This document shows, piece by piece, positions 62,342-64,000 of a stretch of DNA of 64,000 nucleotides. The stretch spans positions 2,944,001 through 3,008,000 of the forward strand of contig CAWKDB010000010.1 in the NCBI GenBank assembly GCA_963848295.1, given 5' to 3'. Origin of the DNA: an uncultured delta proteobacterium (GTDB lineage: Bacteria; Myxococcota_A; Polyangia; Haliangiales; Haliangiaceae). Positions within the stretch are counted from its first letter, which is position 1, and each line of letters begins with the position of its first letter. Under the pieces are notes generated by a model. It did not search any database, had not been told where the DNA came from, and was given only the letters and a program-made list of their open reading frames with translations. The position numbers and the translations under genes were made by a program.

Positions 62342-62605
62342 GGTGACGCTGTCTCTTCTGTCAACTTGTAGATCCCGCCCTACCGGCCATCTAGCTGTCT
62401 TGATGAGAAGATTTTGGTGACGCTGTCTCTATTGTCAACTTGTGGAGAAGATTTTGGTGAGAAGATTTTGGTGACGCTGTCTCTATTGTCAACTTGTGGC
62501 GCGGTGCCATCGTTGTTTCGCGATATCGCGGGCACGCCACGATCAACCGCCTTCCCCGTCCGGAGCCGAGGATTGCGTCCGGTTGTCAAAGTGAACACCG
62601 TCCCC
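62342..62605. repeat. 26-bp repeat family A triplet (+; 62342-62367, 62416-62441, 62470-62495) plus inverted subtype B copy (62580-62605)
   Basis: Periods 74 and 54 bp; local triplication of GAGAAGATTTTGGTGA; B copy starts 2 bp after the mpaA-like stop. Confidence 0.95.
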
Positions 62606-62607
62606 AC

Positions 62608-63273
62608 TCAGTCCGGAAGGTCGACGCACCAGCGCAGCGCCGTCCGGCACTCGTCCCACGCCGCTTCATCCGGCACGAGGTACGGCGACTCGAGCGTGAC
62701 GACTTCGAGCCCGCGCTCGATCCCGTACTTGCAGCCGAACGAGCCCGGCGTCGGATAGCCCATGTCGGGCTCGGCGGGATAGCCGCACATCCCGGCCATC
62801 GCGCGCGCAAGCTCCTCACCGCAGCCATCCCAGTTGACCATGCGATAGGTCGAGTGGAGCGCGACCAGGCGATGCGCGGCGATGCGATCGATGAGCTCGA
62901 CGAGCGCGCGAGTCTCCGGCTGATCCTCGGCCGCGCCGCCGGGGTTGTAGCCGGGCCGGCGCTGCGTACCCCACGATGCGGTCGCGAAGTTGCGATTGAG
63001 ATCGACGTCGTTCGCGTTGTTGCGCGTGCCGGCGAGCACGCCATCGACGTTCACACACGGGATGATCCACGTATCGCGCCCGGGCGGACGCTCGACGAGG
63101 TCGTCGCATAGCCGTTCGAGCATCAGCTGAGTCACCGCCTCATCGCCGTGGATCGCCCCGAACAGCAGCGCGGGTGGGCGAGGCTTCGCGTAGCTCGGCG
63201 GCAGGAAGTGCACCGCTTCGATCGGTCGGCCGAGGACGGTCTTGCCGATCACGAGCTCGCGGCGATGATTCAC
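62608..63273 (-). CDS. M14 zinc carboxypeptidase (murein peptide amidase MpaA-like)
   Basis: GAIHGDE, NVDG, VDLNRNF, PETRAL, TPGSFG, TLE; GTG start 63273. Confidence 0.88.
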   Translation of the reverse strand: MNHRRELVIGKTVLGRPIEAVHFLPPSYAKPRPPALLFGAIHGDEAVTQLMLERLCDDLVERPPGRDTWIIPCVNVDGVLAGTRNNANDVDLNRNFATASWGTQRRPGYNPGGAAEDQPETRALVELIDRIAAHRLVALHSTYRMVNWDGCGEELARAMAGMCGYPAEPDMGYPTPGSFGCKYGIERGLEVVTLESPYLVPDEAAWDECRTALRWCVDLPD

Positions 63274-64000
63274 TCGAGCTTCTTTCCAAACACGGTCGCG
63301 AGGCCGTAGCCGGTGAGCACGACGTACGTCGTCTCCTGAACCCAGCCGAGCAGCGACGTATACGGGCTCTTCGAGATCGCGTCGCCGATGCCACCCGCGA
63401 TGATGACGCCGGTGAGGTGAGTCAACGCCGGCCACACGATCAGCAAGAATGCGATGATCTTCGCCCCACCCGCGGTCGGCGATGGCATCCACGCGAGCAG
63501 CGCGAGCACCACGAGCACGAGGTTCGCGAAGTCCAAGATCGACGTGACCTTCGCCGAGCCCGGCGCGTCGATCAGCGCCTGGATCTTGCCGACGATCGGG
63601 AGCTCTCCACCCACGGGCACGAGCAACGGCACGAGCACGCACAGCACGCCGATCGTGACGAGGATGCGCGGCAACATCGACTCGCGATACTCGTGACGTA
63701 CGAGCAGACCGGGGATCAGCGTGATCACTGCGCCGAGCTCGACCAGCGTGGTCCAATCCGGGATGTCGCCCTGCACGATCGCGACGATCACCGGCACGAA
63801 GATACCGGCGAGCCCGAGCAACGCCGCGAGCACGCCGCGCGGCAACGGCTGCATCGGGATCGCGGCGATCACGATCCCGAGCAGGCCGACCGAGGCCATG
63901 AGCAGCATCGGCAGCTTCGCTAGGCCCTCGCCGTGGAGCAGCGTGTCCCAGTTAAAGCCGATCGGATCGGTGCTGGTCGGCGTCGCGAACGCGGCGAGCA
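63270..64000 (-). CDS. Multi-pass membrane protein, 3' part (start outside window)
   Basis: Several hydrophobic helices; stop overlaps the next start. Confidence 0.7.
   Translation of the reverse strand, partial: LAAFATPTSTDPIGFNWDTLLHGEGLAKLPMLLMASVGLLGIVIAAIPMQPLPRGVLAALLGLAGIFVPVIVAIVQGDIPDWTTLVELGAVITLIPGLLVRHEYRESMLPRILVTIGVLCVLVPLLVPVGGELPIVGKIQALIDAPGSAKVTSILDFANLVLVVLALLAWMPSPTAGGAKIIAFLLIVWPALTHLTGVIIAGGIGDAISKSPYTSLLGWVQETTYVVLTGYGLATVFGKKLE

Overview
High-GC chromosomal window spanning the replication origin of what looks like a myxobacterium. The assignment to Myxococcota is inferred from mglB-mglA, a CdnL-type CarD, Cys-rich lipoproteins and a Ser/Thr kinase-TPR-lipoprotein operon. 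It carries rnpA(partial)-rpmH / dnaA-dnaN-recF-gyrB, fabH, pepA, trmB, uvrB, thiE, pal-cpoB, selB, an ECF sigma/anti-sigma pair, serS with all four tRNA-Ser isoacceptors, tRNA-Arg(ACG)-tadA, SRP RNA, dnaX-ybaB-recR and mglBA. Three signals are not explained by a standard annotation. (1) A dispersed 26-bp repeat family, GG(G/T)GACGCTGTCTCT(A/T)TTGTCAACTT, has 18 copies plus 5 of a second subtype. It forms direct doublets with a fixed 73-75 bp period and variable spacers, repeatedly starts at or supplies stop codons, and twice brackets gene cassettes (selB; IPT-NUDIX-trmB) as inverted doublets with related spacers. (2) A hidden AhpD-like selenoprotein (CFYU plus a SECIS-like hairpin) is split into two ORFs in the track. 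(3) There is an orphan lanthipeptide-like precursor. At least three apparent single-base frameshifts suggest residual assembly errors. All calls are by eye from sequence motifs; no database searches were run.
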